From: Mayamaea pseudoterrestris
Lineage: Eukaryota
Assembly: GCA_027923505.1 (NCBI GenBank)
Contig: BROI01000002.1
Coordinates: 1,240,001-1,304,000, forward strand
Length of the DNA stretch: 64,000 nucleotides
Direction of reading: 5' to 3'
In this document: piece after piece, positions 12,868 through 24,546 of the stretch
Layout: every line of letters begins with the position of its first letter
Position numbering within the stretch: the stretch's first letter is position 1
Position numbers and translations under genes: made by a program
The notes under the pieces: model-generated
What the model saw: only the letters and a program-made list of their open reading frames with translations
Databases searched by the model: none
What the model was told of the DNA's origin: nothing

Positions 12868-14349
12868 ATGGCGGCGGCAACCGTTTCCATGAGCCGGCGC
12901 TGTAGCGCGTTATTTCTTCTCCTGGCGTCTGCTACAGTCAGCTCCTTTACCATACAGTCACACTCGAATCATGCTAGACAATCACATCAGCAATTAATGG
13001 CAGCAACCGCAGCATCATCTCACAGCGTCGAAACGCTCACCATTCCACCCATGACGCGCCTCGAGGGCACTGTGACGCTACCCGGATCAAAGTCGCTCAG
13101 CAACCGCTGTCTGCTACTGGCCGCATTGGCGGAGGGAGACACGCGCGTCGACAATTTGCTGGATTCCGACGACATTACCTACATGCTGCAGGCACTGGAC
13201 CAGCTGGGTGTAAACGTGGAGCGTCACTCTAAAGACAGTGTCACCGTCACGGGCCAAGCGGGACCAATCAATGCGCCATTGAGCGATGAATCCATTTGCA
13301 ACTTGTTTCTAGGCAACGCCGGCACGGCCATGCGACCACTGGCCGCCGCCCTCTGCATGGGCCAGGGAAACTTTGTCTTGGACGGCGTGCCGCGCATGCG
13401 CGAGCGACCGATTTCCGACTTGGTCGACGGACTGGTGCAACTCGGCGCCAACGTTTCGTGTGCTGACACGGGATGTCCGCCCGTCACCATTCACGCGTCT
13501 GGTCCGTTGCATGGTGCAAGTTGCGAGATTTCGGGCAAAATGTCGTCGCAGTTTCTGTCGAGTCTGCTCATGGCGGCGCCTCTCATGAATGGCGACGTCA
13601 GCATTGGCATCAAGGATCAATTGATTTCGGCGCCGTACGTGTCACTCACCATGGGTCTCATGAAGCAGTTTGGTGTCAATGTCGTCGTGAACGGCAACAT
13701 GGACGAGACTCCGTCGTTTCACATTGCCGCGAACGAACGCTACGTGAGTCCGGGTAACATCTTGGTCGAGGGCGACGCCTCGAGCGCCTCCTACTTCATG
13801 GCGGGCGCCGCCATTACCGGCGGCACCGTGACGGTGCGCGGGTGCGGCTCGGATTCGGTGCAGGGCGACGTCAAGTTTGCTCACGTCATGGAGCAAATGG
13901 GAGCGACTGTTGTTTGGGCGCCCGATAGTATCACGGTTTCGCGTGACGCAGACACCCGCCTCCAAGGCGTCGACGTGGATTGTGGAGACATTCCCGACGC
14001 CGCCATGACGCTGGCCGTGGCGGCCCTGTTTGCCGATGGTTCCACCACCATTCGCAACGTGTACTCGTGGCGCCTAAAAGAGACGGAGCGCATGAAGGCC
14101 ATTGTGGCGGAGTGCACCAAACTGGGTGCCTTTGTTGAGGAGTTTACCGACTACTGCGTCATTCATCCGCCACAAGACAACAAGTTGAACGACAATGTGT
14201 TGATTGAAACGTACGATGACCATCGCATGGCCATGACGTTTAGTTTGGCGGCTTGTGGAGGTGTGAATGTGATCATTAACGATCCAGGTTGCACGGCCAA
14301 GACGTTTCCAACGTACTTTGACATGCTGGAGAGTATAGCGACGCATTGA
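12868..14349 (+). CDS. aroA: Plastid-targeted 5-enolpyruvylshikimate-3-phosphate synthase (EPSPS)
   Basis: LPGSKSLSNR, LGNAGTAMRPL, SSQFLSSLL, VEGDASSASY, RLKETERM, DDHRMAM; N-terminal signal peptide ending VSS-F (diatom bipartite presequence). ATG at 12868 or 12889. Confidence 0.97.
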   Translation: MAAATVSMSRRCSALFLLLASATVSSFTIQSHSNHARQSHQQLMAATAASSHSVETLTIPPMTRLEGTVTLPGSKSLSNRCLLLAALAEGDTRVDNLLDSDDITYMLQALDQLGVNVERHSKDSVTVTGQAGPINAPLSDESICNLFLGNAGTAMRPLAAALCMGQGNFVLDGVPRMRERPISDLVDGLVQLGANVSCADTGCPPVTIHASGPLHGASCEISGKMSSQFLSSLLMAAPLMNGDVSIGIKDQLISAPYVSLTMGLMKQFGVNVVVNGNMDETPSFHIAANERYVSPGNILVEGDASSASYFMAGAAITGGTVTVRGCGSDSVQGDVKFAHVMEQMGATVVWAPDSITVSRDADTRLQGVDVDCGDIPDAAMTLAVAALFADGSTTIRNVYSWRLKETERMKAIVAECTKLGAFVEEFTDYCVIHPPQDNKLNDNVLIETYDDHRMAMTFSLAACGGVNVIINDPGCTAKTFPTYFDMLESIATH

Positions 14350-14513
14350 ATGTAGCTAAACAAAGAGTAAAATTGTTTTATAGATTATGTCTTGTGAATC
14401 TTTTTCTATTGATGAATTATAAAACAGGGCTGATCGTCCTGTCGATTGTAAAGTAAAAACGTGTCGAGCACCAACTTGCAAAAAGGTACTCGACCAACAA
14501 GAACCAACCCAGG

Positions 14514-16010
14514 CTATACAAGCTTGCTGCCCGTGGCGCAAGTCTCGCTGGCGCGGGTCAATAAATTATACGTTGACCTCATGGCCAATGGTGAAGGCTC
14601 TCTGACCTCGTCCTGAGTCTCACTTGTCACAATTCCCATGACCCACGGATGCTTGAGCATTTCCGACGCCGTCATGCGCTTGCTGGGGTCCTTGTGCATT
14701 AGTTGCGCCAACAAATCCACCGCCGACGCGGACAAGTGTCCCACCATGTGTTCATCCAACGGCGGACGCGGATCTTCGAGTAGCTGCCGTTCAATCTGCT
14801 CATCCGTCGCCACACCCGTCAAGTCAAACGGGTGCAATGCGTTGAGCATGATGAATAGAATGACACCAACGGCCCACATGTCCATGGGAGCGTCACATGT
14901 GTTACCCGACTTGAGAAAGCGCTCGGGCGCCCAGTATGCCGTCGTGCCCGTCGAGTCGGCTGTTGGATAGTGTTGCTTTTTGGTGTTTGACCGAGGAGAT
15001 GGAAGTGCATCGTCATTGTCGCCCTGCACGACGGCACATCCAAAGTCAATGAGCTTCAAGTTACCATCTTGTCTGGAGTGACTCGATAGTAAAATGTTTT
15101 CCGGTTTGATGTCGCCGTGTACAATCTTGAAATTATGTAAAAACTCCAAGGAGCTTGCCAGTTGCTTTATCAAGCGAGCCGCGTCCGCCTCGCAAAAGGC
15201 GCCGTTGGTGACAACGTGGTCCAGCATTTCTCCGCCGGCCACCAGTTCCAGCAAGACGTAAAAGTGCGAATCGTCCTCGTACTGCAGGAATCATCAATGA
15301 GGGAGAAGATGAGTAAAAATAGTGGATAAAGAACTCAATCAACAGCAAAAGCAATGACTCAACGCACCATGTCGAAAACGCGGTTAATGTTTGGATGACC
15401 ACCCTCCTCGTAAATGCGCAGCAAGGCGGACGTTTCATTCTCAAACTCGGCCGTGCTGGTAAACTTGCGAGAAATCTTCTTCAATGCAACCTGCCACATA
15501 GAAAATACACAAACGTTAGTGACTGACTGACTCGTTCCGAATTCCAGTCACAGTACCGCTGCTCAAACGTACCAACTCTCCAGTCTCCTTAATGTAGGCT
15601 GGATGAACACACCCATAGGAACCTTGTCCAAGCACTGTATCAAAGTCGACAACGTACTTGTGCTCCAACGTTTCTGATGACTGCAGTTGTGGCTGGTGGT
15701 GTAACAATGACTGCACCGAGTCATCATGATGACTGGACGAAATGCACGATTTCTCCAAAAGAGATTCGCACTTGGCGTCACTTGCACCAGCGAGAGCAAT
15801 GGAAGCAATCGTAGCTGCTGCGAAACAGGCCAGTGTAGCGTTGCTGCTGCCAGACTCGTAGAAATGACCTTGGAGTGCGACTGATGCATCGGAGGGAGAA
15901 GAAGCAGCTGCAAGAGAGGCCAGCGATCGCACGCCCCTCGCCTGCTTGAGGCTTTCCCTAGCATGATATCGAGATGCTCGAACGACGGTTCGTAGTATTA
16001 TACAGCTCAT
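14514..16010 (-). CDS. Kinase-only paralog of the 9617-12574 CaMK-like kinase, 3 exons
   Basis: Exons 16010-15573, 15490-15368, 15281-14514. GQGSYGCVHPA, VALKKISRKF, HGDIKPEN, DFG, STGTTAYWAPERF; stops shortly after the kinase domain. Confidence 0.88.
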
Positions 16011-17028
16011 GATTAGTTACGTTGTCCAGTAACTAGCGAAGGAAAAAGGTAACTGCTTTTGTGCTGCAAAGCGAATCGTTCACCATTCGATTCGCACTCT
16101 CGTCGAACGACGGTTTATGGGACTGGTGGCTGTGCTCGCCTCGCTCGCCACATCCAAGGGCTTCCACAGTCATAAGGCACGGCCTGCGCGTTTTCCACGA
16201 CCGACGCAACGCCCCAGATTGACGTCATGATTCTCCGCGAAGTGTTCGTTGGAATTCCTCCGTGTTTCCATGTCGTTCCGAAATAGCCGTCATTGCTTTC
16301 CAAACATCACCAACTTACACAGTTGTCGAACTTGTCGATGCTGCCTTTCTGAATGCAGCATCGGCAAGCCGAAAGAGAGAATGACGTGAATGCATGCCAA
16401 ATGCTGCTACCAGTTTGGCGTGCCAAAGTGGTAAAGTTGGAACGCGCACACCTTTAGAAGATCATTGAGTACCAACTGTAAAGCCCAAAACCTGCGACGC
16501 ACGATGCGCCAGTGTGGCTGTCGTAAAAGTACAATTATAAAATATCGAAGTGGCAAGAAATAATGACACAACAATCATCTTTTAAGATATGCGGGAAGGT
16601 GGAGACCAACTGGTACATACTCTGTGTCTCTGCGGCGCCACAGACCCATTGGCCATCAACCAACTGCTGCATATATTGAACCGGAACGGACAAGCTGGCA
16701 GGCCGGACACTTATAGTCTGCAGTGGATCAAGCATATACAAAGATCCAGTAAACTCATTGTAGCAGCCTGTCCTTCTCTGGGCCGAACAAGCTCTGCTAA
16801 CGGATTCGTGTAATCGCTTCAACGAGTGTCACTTCGCTGCGACGACCTCCCAGAGCAAGCTCACAGCAATATAGTAGGTTTGTTCTATGAAATAGGTATA
16901 GTGGTCCGTACAAACATTCGATTGCATGCCATGTTAGCAATTACCGGCAGTATATTTCTTAGATGTTGATCGTTGTCATGATGTTTGCCTTGGCGCGCAA
17001 CAAAGGTCTCGATTTTGACAAGGGATGA

Positions 17029-18015
17029 TCAGCCAATCCACTGCGGAAACCGGGGCTGCCTGTAATAATGATCGAATTCTCCATCAAAACGAAGCTTGAT
17101 CTCAACTTGTGTGTCGTTTACTGTCAGGAAACGGAGGACACCGCTGTCGCAACAATCCAATTTCTTCCCAGACCTGATAAAGCTTGTGTGATGACGAAAT
17201 GCATGGCGAACTGAATGCGCATGGCTGCATACCACTAGACCAAACAAAGTATGACTGATAAACTGATCTTCAGCCCCATTGAATGTCGGTCTATGAGAAG
17301 TTAAAAGGTGATTGATACTTTTAAAACGCATCGATGAGAGCATATTATATGCCACTCGCTGGCTTCCGGCCAGATCCATCGAATTATCACAATGAACTCG
17401 CACAGTGAGCCCATTCACCCTGTCGTCCAACCGTGTGACACTATTATACATTTCATCCCACTTGTCTTCTTTTGTTGTCCCGTTAGTGTCGAGCTTTGCC
17501 TTCACAGAATAGCCATCATATACGACCACGTCGTGATTTTGCAATAGTTCCCCTGTCCTCTGCATTGTCCTTTCGCTTTATATAAAGGACTGTCTTCCTC
17601 GACGAGAGCACCATTATCAAGCGCAATCAATCCGGGTAATAAATCGTCGATCAATGGCTGTCGACTAAATTCCTCGGCATCTGACCAGCCACGGTGTACA
17701 AGTTGCTCCGCCCCCTCCGTCAATAATATTGCATATTCCTTCGCGCGACAGCGGCAATGCTTTCAGCGCTTGCTGGGCAAATTCCATGTCCGCCTTTTCC
17801 TTGAGTGACTTGTTCATTAGACGAAGTGAGAGAAGCTCGTCAAAACCGCAAAAACCAAGAATTAGCTCAGTCATTGAGGGTTCGCAGAGAAACTGCGGCG
17901 TTTCGCCTTTCCGTGGTGGCCATGACTCTCTTTTTTCATCTTTGGCGCTCTTGTGACTTTGTTTGCGGCGCTTCGCACGAGGCTTGGAAGCATCACGGGG
18001 TTTGATGCGCGGCAT
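17029..18015 (-). pseudogene. Disrupted F-box-like gene (compensating frameshifts or an unrecognised intron)
   Basis: F-box-like PSMTELILGFCGFDELLSLRLMNKSLKE in ORF 18015-17665. ORF 17565-17029 is in the same frame, separated by several stops and bridged by a protein-like alternate frame (17723-17502) that begins near a G-run. Confidence 0.5.
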
Positions 18016-18184
18016 GGTGCGTGCTAGTTGCTCATAGCGTGTAATGATGGAGCGTCCGGTAAAACGTCATTTTCGCCGAAACTGTCGCACCGTTTCTAAC
18101 ATTTAGTCGTGGATAAGACTTGATTGGCGCAAATGCGCGCGTGCAAAACAAGGCTATGCTTGCGCGCCAACGGATCGCCAAAAT

Positions 18185-18285
18185 TACTTTCAGACGTTGT
18201 CTGAATCAGAAAGATACTTTCAGACATTGGCTTAATAAGAAATGTACTTTCAGACACTGTCTGAAAGTGAAAGATACTTTCAGAT
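18185..18285. repeat. Left subterminal 30-bp-period array of E1
   Basis: Units TACTTTCAGAC... at 18185, 18215, 18245 and 18275; core palindrome TTCAGAC-N3-GTCTGAA. Confidence 0.9.
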
Positions 18286-18887
18286 TTTATTTAATTAAGC
18301 CTGCGACTAAAAGCGAACTCAATGATATTTTTGAGGCTCATGATTGGTCGTGGAGGCAGCTGTTTCCTGTAAAATGTCTCGATGGTATGACTGCCGCCAA
18401 CCAAGTTTTCGACGACGACGACCATGGCACCTTTCGACAAGCACTGACCAGCCATACAGCTTGTTGCAATACATGTTATAAATGCATTTCGTGTCAGGAA
18501 GCTTGCTCAATCACATGGAACCTGGCAATATAGTAAAGATTTCCCAGGAAAAGGACGATGTGTTGGCTGCATGAAGCGGACCTGGCGCCTGGCGCCCCCA
18601 TGAACACAAATCGTGTCGTCGCGAGCTCCACAGGCCCCTCACGACCAAACCAACTTGACAGATCCAATCGCCATATATTATTTAGTCTATTTTGAAGGTG
18701 AAATTATTAGAATTGGCTTTTTGTAGGTTGAGGTGACAGTGGTAGTGCTTGTAAGCGTTTGCACGGCAGCGAGCGTTGTCGAAGGCCTCAAGTTCACCGT
18801 CGTGGATGGCTGCGCATGATAAATGACTTTAGTGACTATTGATATTTACTGAATCTGCCAAAAAGTACTTTAAATGTCATAGTAACT

Positions 18888-19002
18888 TACTTTCAGACAT
18901 TGTCTGAATCAGAAAGATACTTTCAGACATTGTCTGAATCAGAAAGATACTTTCAGACGTTGTCTGAATTAGAAAGATACTTTCAGACATTGTCTGAAAG
19001 TA
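18888..19002. repeat. Right subterminal 30-bp-period array of E1
   Basis: Units TACTTTCAGACATTGTCTGAATCAGAAAGA at 18888, 18918 and 18948; last unit at 18978 is the full palindrome TACTTTCAGACA-T-TGTCTGAAAGTA. Confidence 0.92.
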
Positions 19003-19438
19003 GCAAATCGCAGACTCCGAAACAGCTGGACGAGCTGGCGCGTCGCGCCGGTGTGGCTTTCAACGGATATTCGAAGCGTTAACGGAAACTTGAGTGCCAG
19101 TATGACATTTAGTGACGAAAAGTCATTTTACCGGACGCTCATGGTTTCGGTGGTTTTTCTGCGATCCGCCGAAGGTTGCCAGTCGCATCAAGTACCAATA
19201 AGACTTGAGTCACATTTTGCAACCGTTGAGATCAGGCGCGCTCGTCAGGGAGTCTGGCTTAATTAGGTCAAGTGCCGGCGAGCCGAGTTAATGGCTGGAC
19301 TCGCTTTCTTAAGTATCCGTGCGCAGTGGCACCGATCGATCTTTCTCATCAAGATGGATCCGGAATTCCATCAGATCCCCTCACATTGCATACAAGCATA
19401 CCCCAGCTGTTAACCCGCAACCATTGCACAGCTTTAGC

Positions 19439-22345
19439 ATGAGTCTCAGAGGAAGCTCTTCACCTGATCCAACTGCCTCCCAGTCATCAGCCAATCGCGT
19501 CATTATTGCCGAGCCAAAGCCGGCGGCGCAGTCGCAGCTTGCAGAACGCCACAGCCCCCAACATGCCATTGCTCATCCCCACGTTAAGTCCTGGACATCA
19601 ACCCGGCATGCTCCAGCCACTAGTTTAAATCGAACACTTGCCATTGCGCTATCAACGACACCCCGCTTGGACCGCGGCTTGAACGTTTACAAGGCCACGA
19701 CGCGCGGTCGCTGGACGCCGCGTGTTCTCACACTCAGTCAAGATTAGCTTGCCTTGTTTTGCACCAAGACTCGCATCGCCTCGAATCGACTTGGCGTCAT
19801 GCTGCACCAAGTGCCACTGCCGTGGCTGACCCGCAAGGGCGGCTTGACTGGCTTTTGGACGCCGCAGGCGCTGCGTGACACGTACGTTCAATACTTGGAC
19901 GTGGCCGACTTGGCGAGCGTGCATCATGGAGTCATTTGCTCGAAAAAGTTGGAACTGATGCGTGAAAGCACTAGATTGAATTTATTACGGACTCCATTGG
20001 CGTTTGCAACGAGGGAAAAGCCTCCGCAGGATTGCTTGGTGGATCACTTTGTCACGATTGTGCATGGGAGACACCAAACGCTCGACGTATGGGTTCCTGA
20101 CGAACAAGATCGCGACGAATTGGTCAAGACGGTCAAAATCATGATTGCAACCTATCGGCAAGCCAAAATGAACATTTCCAATGATGAACTACTGTTGCGC
20201 TACATTTGGTTCGACATTGATGTGAACCGCGACGGCGAAATTAGCAAGTCGGAGTGGCGCCGCATTCTGCAGCGCATCAATTGGCATCACAAGGACCCAA
20301 AGAAACCCTACAAGAAGGCTGCCAAGAGGCTTCACACGCACCACTTGACGTACGTGCAAGTTGTTGACTTGCTTCATCAGCTCAAGAATGAGCCGCAACC
20401 GAGTATGGAAAACCAAATTTGGAACCAAGTGTTCGGAGCGAACAAGGATGTTGTGACGGCCGAGGAGTTTCTCGAGCACTTTTACTGCGCAAAGCAAATG
20501 GAGACGGATGCGACGCTCGAAAGTGTCACGCAACTGTTTACAACCTTGAATGGCATGGAGCTGAGTCGGACAGACGCGGCTGCCAATTCTGATCCCTCCC
20601 TCTTGTCGCGAGCGCGGTTTGACATGTTTCTGCATTCCGAAATGAATAGTGCTTACAATCCACTATCGCTGGCAGAATCATCGACACCCTTGAATGAACC
20701 ACTGTCGCGATACTGGATCAACACGAGTCACAATACGTACTTGTCGGGCGATCAACTCGCGTCGGCGAGCTCAGTGCAAATGTACAGGGTGGCCCTGCAG
20801 CGAGGCTGCAAGTGCTTGGAGCTGGACTGCTGGGATGGCGAAGAGACGGACACTGGACGATGTCGACCTGTGATATTTCATGGTCATACCCTTACATCCA
20901 AAATACTCTTTGAGGATGTGGTTCGAGTCGTTCATTCCTACATGCTTGACAACCCAACAACGTATCCAGTAATTCTGTCGCTGGAGAATCATTGCTCGCA
21001 CCCGTTTCAGAGCGAAATTGCGAAAACGCTTAAAGATACACTGGGTAACTTGCTCTACGTGCCGAGCAAGGAGGACAAGACTGGCGAGTTGCCGTCACCC
21101 GAATCACTTCGCGGCAAAGTTATCATTAAAGGCAAGCGCCCACCCGAGCCAGAGGACGACGAAGTTGCAGCTCTCATGACGAAAAACGACGACGCGGACC
21201 AATATGATGACTCTCCTTCAACCTCAAGAACGGACATTGACCCAGATGTGTCGGAAGCACCGACTGCTGCATCGCCGACGAGTGCAGGCGACGCAGGAGT
21301 TGGTCTAGTGAAACCGCTTCCAAAAATTGTTTCCGAGCTTGCTAAACTCACGCTCTTTCATGGAACAAAGCACAAGGACTTTTACGCGTCCATTATGGAA
21401 CCGCCATCGAACATGCACTCGATTGGCGAAACAAAAATTGGCAAAATTCTTGCCAAGAGCCCGGCCAATATTACAATGTGGCGCCTGTATAATGTCCATC
21501 ACATGACGCGCACGTATCCGGCTGGTACTCGCGTTGACTCATCCAACTACAATCCAATTCTGGCGTGGTACTTGGGCTGTCAATTGGTGGCGTTGAATTA
21601 CCAAACCAATGATTCGGCGTTGATTTTGAACGATGGTCTTTTTCGACAGGGAGGTTGCAGTGGATACGTTCGAAAACCAGACATTGTCATGGGGCGTTCG
21701 CCCGAGCCCAAGCGCGTTACCAAAGTCACAGCAGAAGAGAAACCTGACGAGCCGCGCGATCTTTTGGAAGAAGTAATGGACGGATTCGAAGAGCTAGCTT
21801 GCGGCGAAGAGGCGACCAAGCGGCTCATTGCCAGAATCTCGGATGATCCAGCCAATGTGCTACTAAAGTTTGAAGAAAGGGAGTTATCACTGAAAGACAA
21901 TGATGCTCCGCTGAGTATCAAAATTCGAATTTTGTCTGGAAGCTGTTTGCCCAAATCGAGTGGTGACAAGCTTGGCGAAACGATTGACCCATACGTGACC
22001 GTCTCGATGCACGACGTCAAGCGCGGTGCAGATGCCAAGACTGCCTTTGCTTCGCAGTCGCATAAGACGGCAACTATAAGCGACAATGGATTCTGTCCAG
22101 TTTGGAATGAGGCAACGTTCACTGAGTTCTTGGTATACTCGCGACATGTTGCAATGGTTCAATTCGACCTGTGGGAGGAAGATGTGGACTTTAATGATAA
22201 ATTGGCGCATGCAGCGATCCCTATTCAGCATCTTCGGCCCGGCTACAGGTCCATCATACTGTATGACTCCAATAATACAAGAGTCGGTCCATTTGGGTTT
22301 GCGACGCTGCTAGTGGAGATTGATATTGTCGAAATCAATATGTAG
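19439..22345 (+). CDS. Phosphoinositide-specific phospholipase C (PH-EF-X-Y-C2) with one in-frame TAG at 19745-19747
   Basis: X box YWINTSHNTYL, GCKCLELDCWDG, HGHTLT, ILSLENHC; Y box TRTYPAGTRVDSSNYNP, GCQLVALNYQT; C2 domain DPYV...NGFCPVWNE; EF-hand DVNRDGEISKSE. ORFs 19319-19747 and 19754-22345 are in the same frame. Confidence 0.9.
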
Positions 22346-22456
22346 CATGGAAAAACATGACTCTGAGCAGATTGCATTTAATTATAGTGTCTTTTACTGC
22401 ACGTCAGTTGTTTTACTGTTAGTGATAACGCAGATACAATATGCTTTGCACCGCCA

Positions 22457-24367
22457 CTATACCGCACTTAATTCGCAGCACGGCGTCGCCAAACAGCACG
22501 ATCCGTACACATCGTTCGGCAGCTCTTGGTAAAGCTCATCCAATGTACTGTTGTAACATTGCGAATGGAGGAACCAATTAAGTGTTGCTTCAAAGGCTGG
22601 TCGCTTTTTATTCTTGGCAAGCCAGTTGGCATGAAACAATATTGGTTTGATTGCATCTTTTTCGCGCATGTAGCGGGTGATCTTGGCGCCCTTTTGAAAA
22701 GCGTACCCATTCGGAAAGAGTTCGGCGGCATCACCAAGTACTTTGACGCGCAAACCATAGCTACTCATGTGTTCGTTCACAAGCACCGTCATGATCGCCT
22801 GATGACTCTTGGTCGTCAGGACGTGGTCTCCCAGTCGAGCAAAGACGTTGAATAAGTGCATTGTCCGAGCATTGTGACGAACATAGTAGAGACCTGTATT
22901 GGCGGCAATGGGACGGAAACGCTCTGGGTGATGATAGCCGTCGTGTTGGAAGTACATGTCAAAGACTGCCGTGTCGGGATTGTTTGTCGTGTTGCGAAAG
23001 AATGGAAGCGGACTCTGGTACCACGCAATATCAACATCCTGAAATAATACGTCGTAGCCAAGCAGCAATGTCAAATGCACGCAGTAAACCTTGGCCATCA
23101 TGACGGAAGCAAACGTTGCATCGGAATAATTGTGTGCGGCTTGCAGCGGCATGCTTCCAAAAATGGCGTCGTCGGCAAACACATGCAAACCCAGTGCCGT
23201 GGCAAGCTTGTTCGTGTGCGCGTCCGTGGCAAAGACGACAATGCGATCAAGGTCCTTTATTCCACGCGCTCGTGCGGCGCACACAAAGTTGGCGAGAAGA
23301 TTGGCTTGTCCGTAGTTGCAGACCATGACAATGACGAGACGATCGTCAAGATTTCCGTCAGCATCAATTGCGGCACGTTGCAGAATGGGTTTTAGTCGTT
23401 GCAAGGCACTGGGTATCGCAGCATGATAGGTTGATAGTGCTTGGTTACTAGCATCAACATGCTCCGGTATGATCTCTTCCAAATCGGGTCGTGCAGCTGC
23501 ATACCTCCATGACGCCGCTGACGAATCTGCATCGGAAGCATTACTAACGTCTCTTTCCACTCGTTGCTTCTCAAACTTGTGCACATGCTGAGACTCCCAC
23601 TGACTCATAATGGCGATACACTCGGAATCCTTGCGAACCTTTTTCTTGCGCCGATAAATCTTTTTGGTGGGTTGCGTCAAGACAACTTTGACGGTGTGGC
23701 AGTTGGAAAAGGCGTCGTTTACCGACAAGACGGGTGAAAGCGTATTATAAATACTGGAAACACTTGCATCTGCATGAGCCGTCATACTAGTGGGAAGACT
23801 CTTATCGGATCCGTAGAGCACCAACACGTGTTGCGCAAACGGCGTGGTTGGATCGAGCGCCAATCCCAAGTCTAAATGCTGACTAAAGTCGTTTCGATCT
23901 ACCCTCGTCATGCCAGACACCAAGTCGCGAATGGAATCGTCAAACAGTAGCGATTGTTGGAGCTGTTTAATGGTTTGTCTTGTTGATGTTTGAGCAGATT
24001 GTGATGCAGAATGCGTTTGCTCGACATAGGTGTCGACTGTACATGGCGTCGGTACGCACGAAGGACAAGTTATGCATGCAGGGCATGACAAAGCACTGCG
24101 AGACGAATCTGCTGTCGTCGCATTCATTATTGATTTAAGTCCAAGTTTGCTATTTTGATGATCATAATCATCGTCGTCTCCAAGACGAATAATGGCATCC
24201 ATGCCGAGTCCGATTTGACGGTCCAGCAACGCTCCCACCATCAGCCCAATGACAAATGTGAAATATGGATTTGTATGACGACACGATGTAAGTAGTTTTC
24301 CATGTCGTTTCCTTTGTAGAGCAGCGACCATGTTCCCGTGAATGATGGAATGGTTCGATGAATCCAT
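22457..24367 (-). CDS. Type II membrane nucleotide-diphospho-sugar transferase (GT77-like)
   Basis: N-terminal TM (YFTFVIGLMVGALL); MAKVYCVHLTLLLGYDVLFQDVDIAW (DxD motif), ANTGLYYVR, HQ motif, FHANW. Confidence 0.85.
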   Translation of the reverse strand: MDSSNHSIIHGNMVAALQRKRHGKLLTSCRHTNPYFTFVIGLMVGALLDRQIGLGMDAIIRLGDDDDYDHQNSKLGLKSIMNATTADSSRSALSCPACITCPSCVPTPCTVDTYVEQTHSASQSAQTSTRQTIKQLQQSLLFDDSIRDLVSGMTRVDRNDFSQHLDLGLALDPTTPFAQHVLVLYGSDKSLPTSMTAHADASVSSIYNTLSPVLSVNDAFSNCHTVKVVLTQPTKKIYRRKKKVRKDSECIAIMSQWESQHVHKFEKQRVERDVSNASDADSSAASWRYAAARPDLEEIIPEHVDASNQALSTYHAAIPSALQRLKPILQRAAIDADGNLDDRLVIVMVCNYGQANLLANFVCAARARGIKDLDRIVVFATDAHTNKLATALGLHVFADDAIFGSMPLQAAHNYSDATFASVMMAKVYCVHLTLLLGYDVLFQDVDIAWYQSPLPFFRNTTNNPDTAVFDMYFQHDGYHHPERFRPIAANTGLYYVRHNARTMHLFNVFARLGDHVLTTKSHQAIMTVLVNEHMSSYGLRVKVLGDAAELFPNGYAFQKGAKITRYMREKDAIKPILFHANWLAKNKKRPAFEATLNWFLHSQCYNSTLDELYQELPNDVYGSCCLATPCCELSAV

Positions 24368-24546
24368 CACGGAACAAACCTGTCACGCTTTATCGTAGCG
24401 GTACTTAACAAGTCGTAAAGGTACTGAATCTTTCGTCGCGATCCACACAACACGAGACTTATTATTGATCGGCCATGGAAGGATTGCCGCTGCTTGCTGC
24501 CCTCATTTATCTCCTTGCTCAGTCTCTAACTCGTATTTCATCAAAC

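Larger units (their letters stand above)
18050..19140. mobile_element. Non-autonomous TIR DNA transposon (PIF/Harbinger-like MITE), element E1
   Basis: Perfect 15-bp TIRs GAGCGTCCGGTAAAA; 3-bp target duplication ATG (18047-18049 and 19141-19143); palindromic subterminal arrays at both ends. Confidence 0.88.

Noticed and set aside
16115..16900. Several short ORFs between the kinase paralog and the F-box-like gene
   Set aside because: No recognisable motifs and no consistent splice model.
18185..19002. 30-bp palindromic repeats resembling a CRISPR array
   Set aside because: Units are head-to-tail with no unique spacers, there are no cas genes, and they lie inside a TIR/TSD-bounded element in a eukaryotic genome.
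18900..19082. ORF with repeated SESERYFQTL peptide (and ORF 18120-18533)
   Set aside because: By-product of a 30-nt repeat period; starts at TTG and lies within MITE subterminal DNA.
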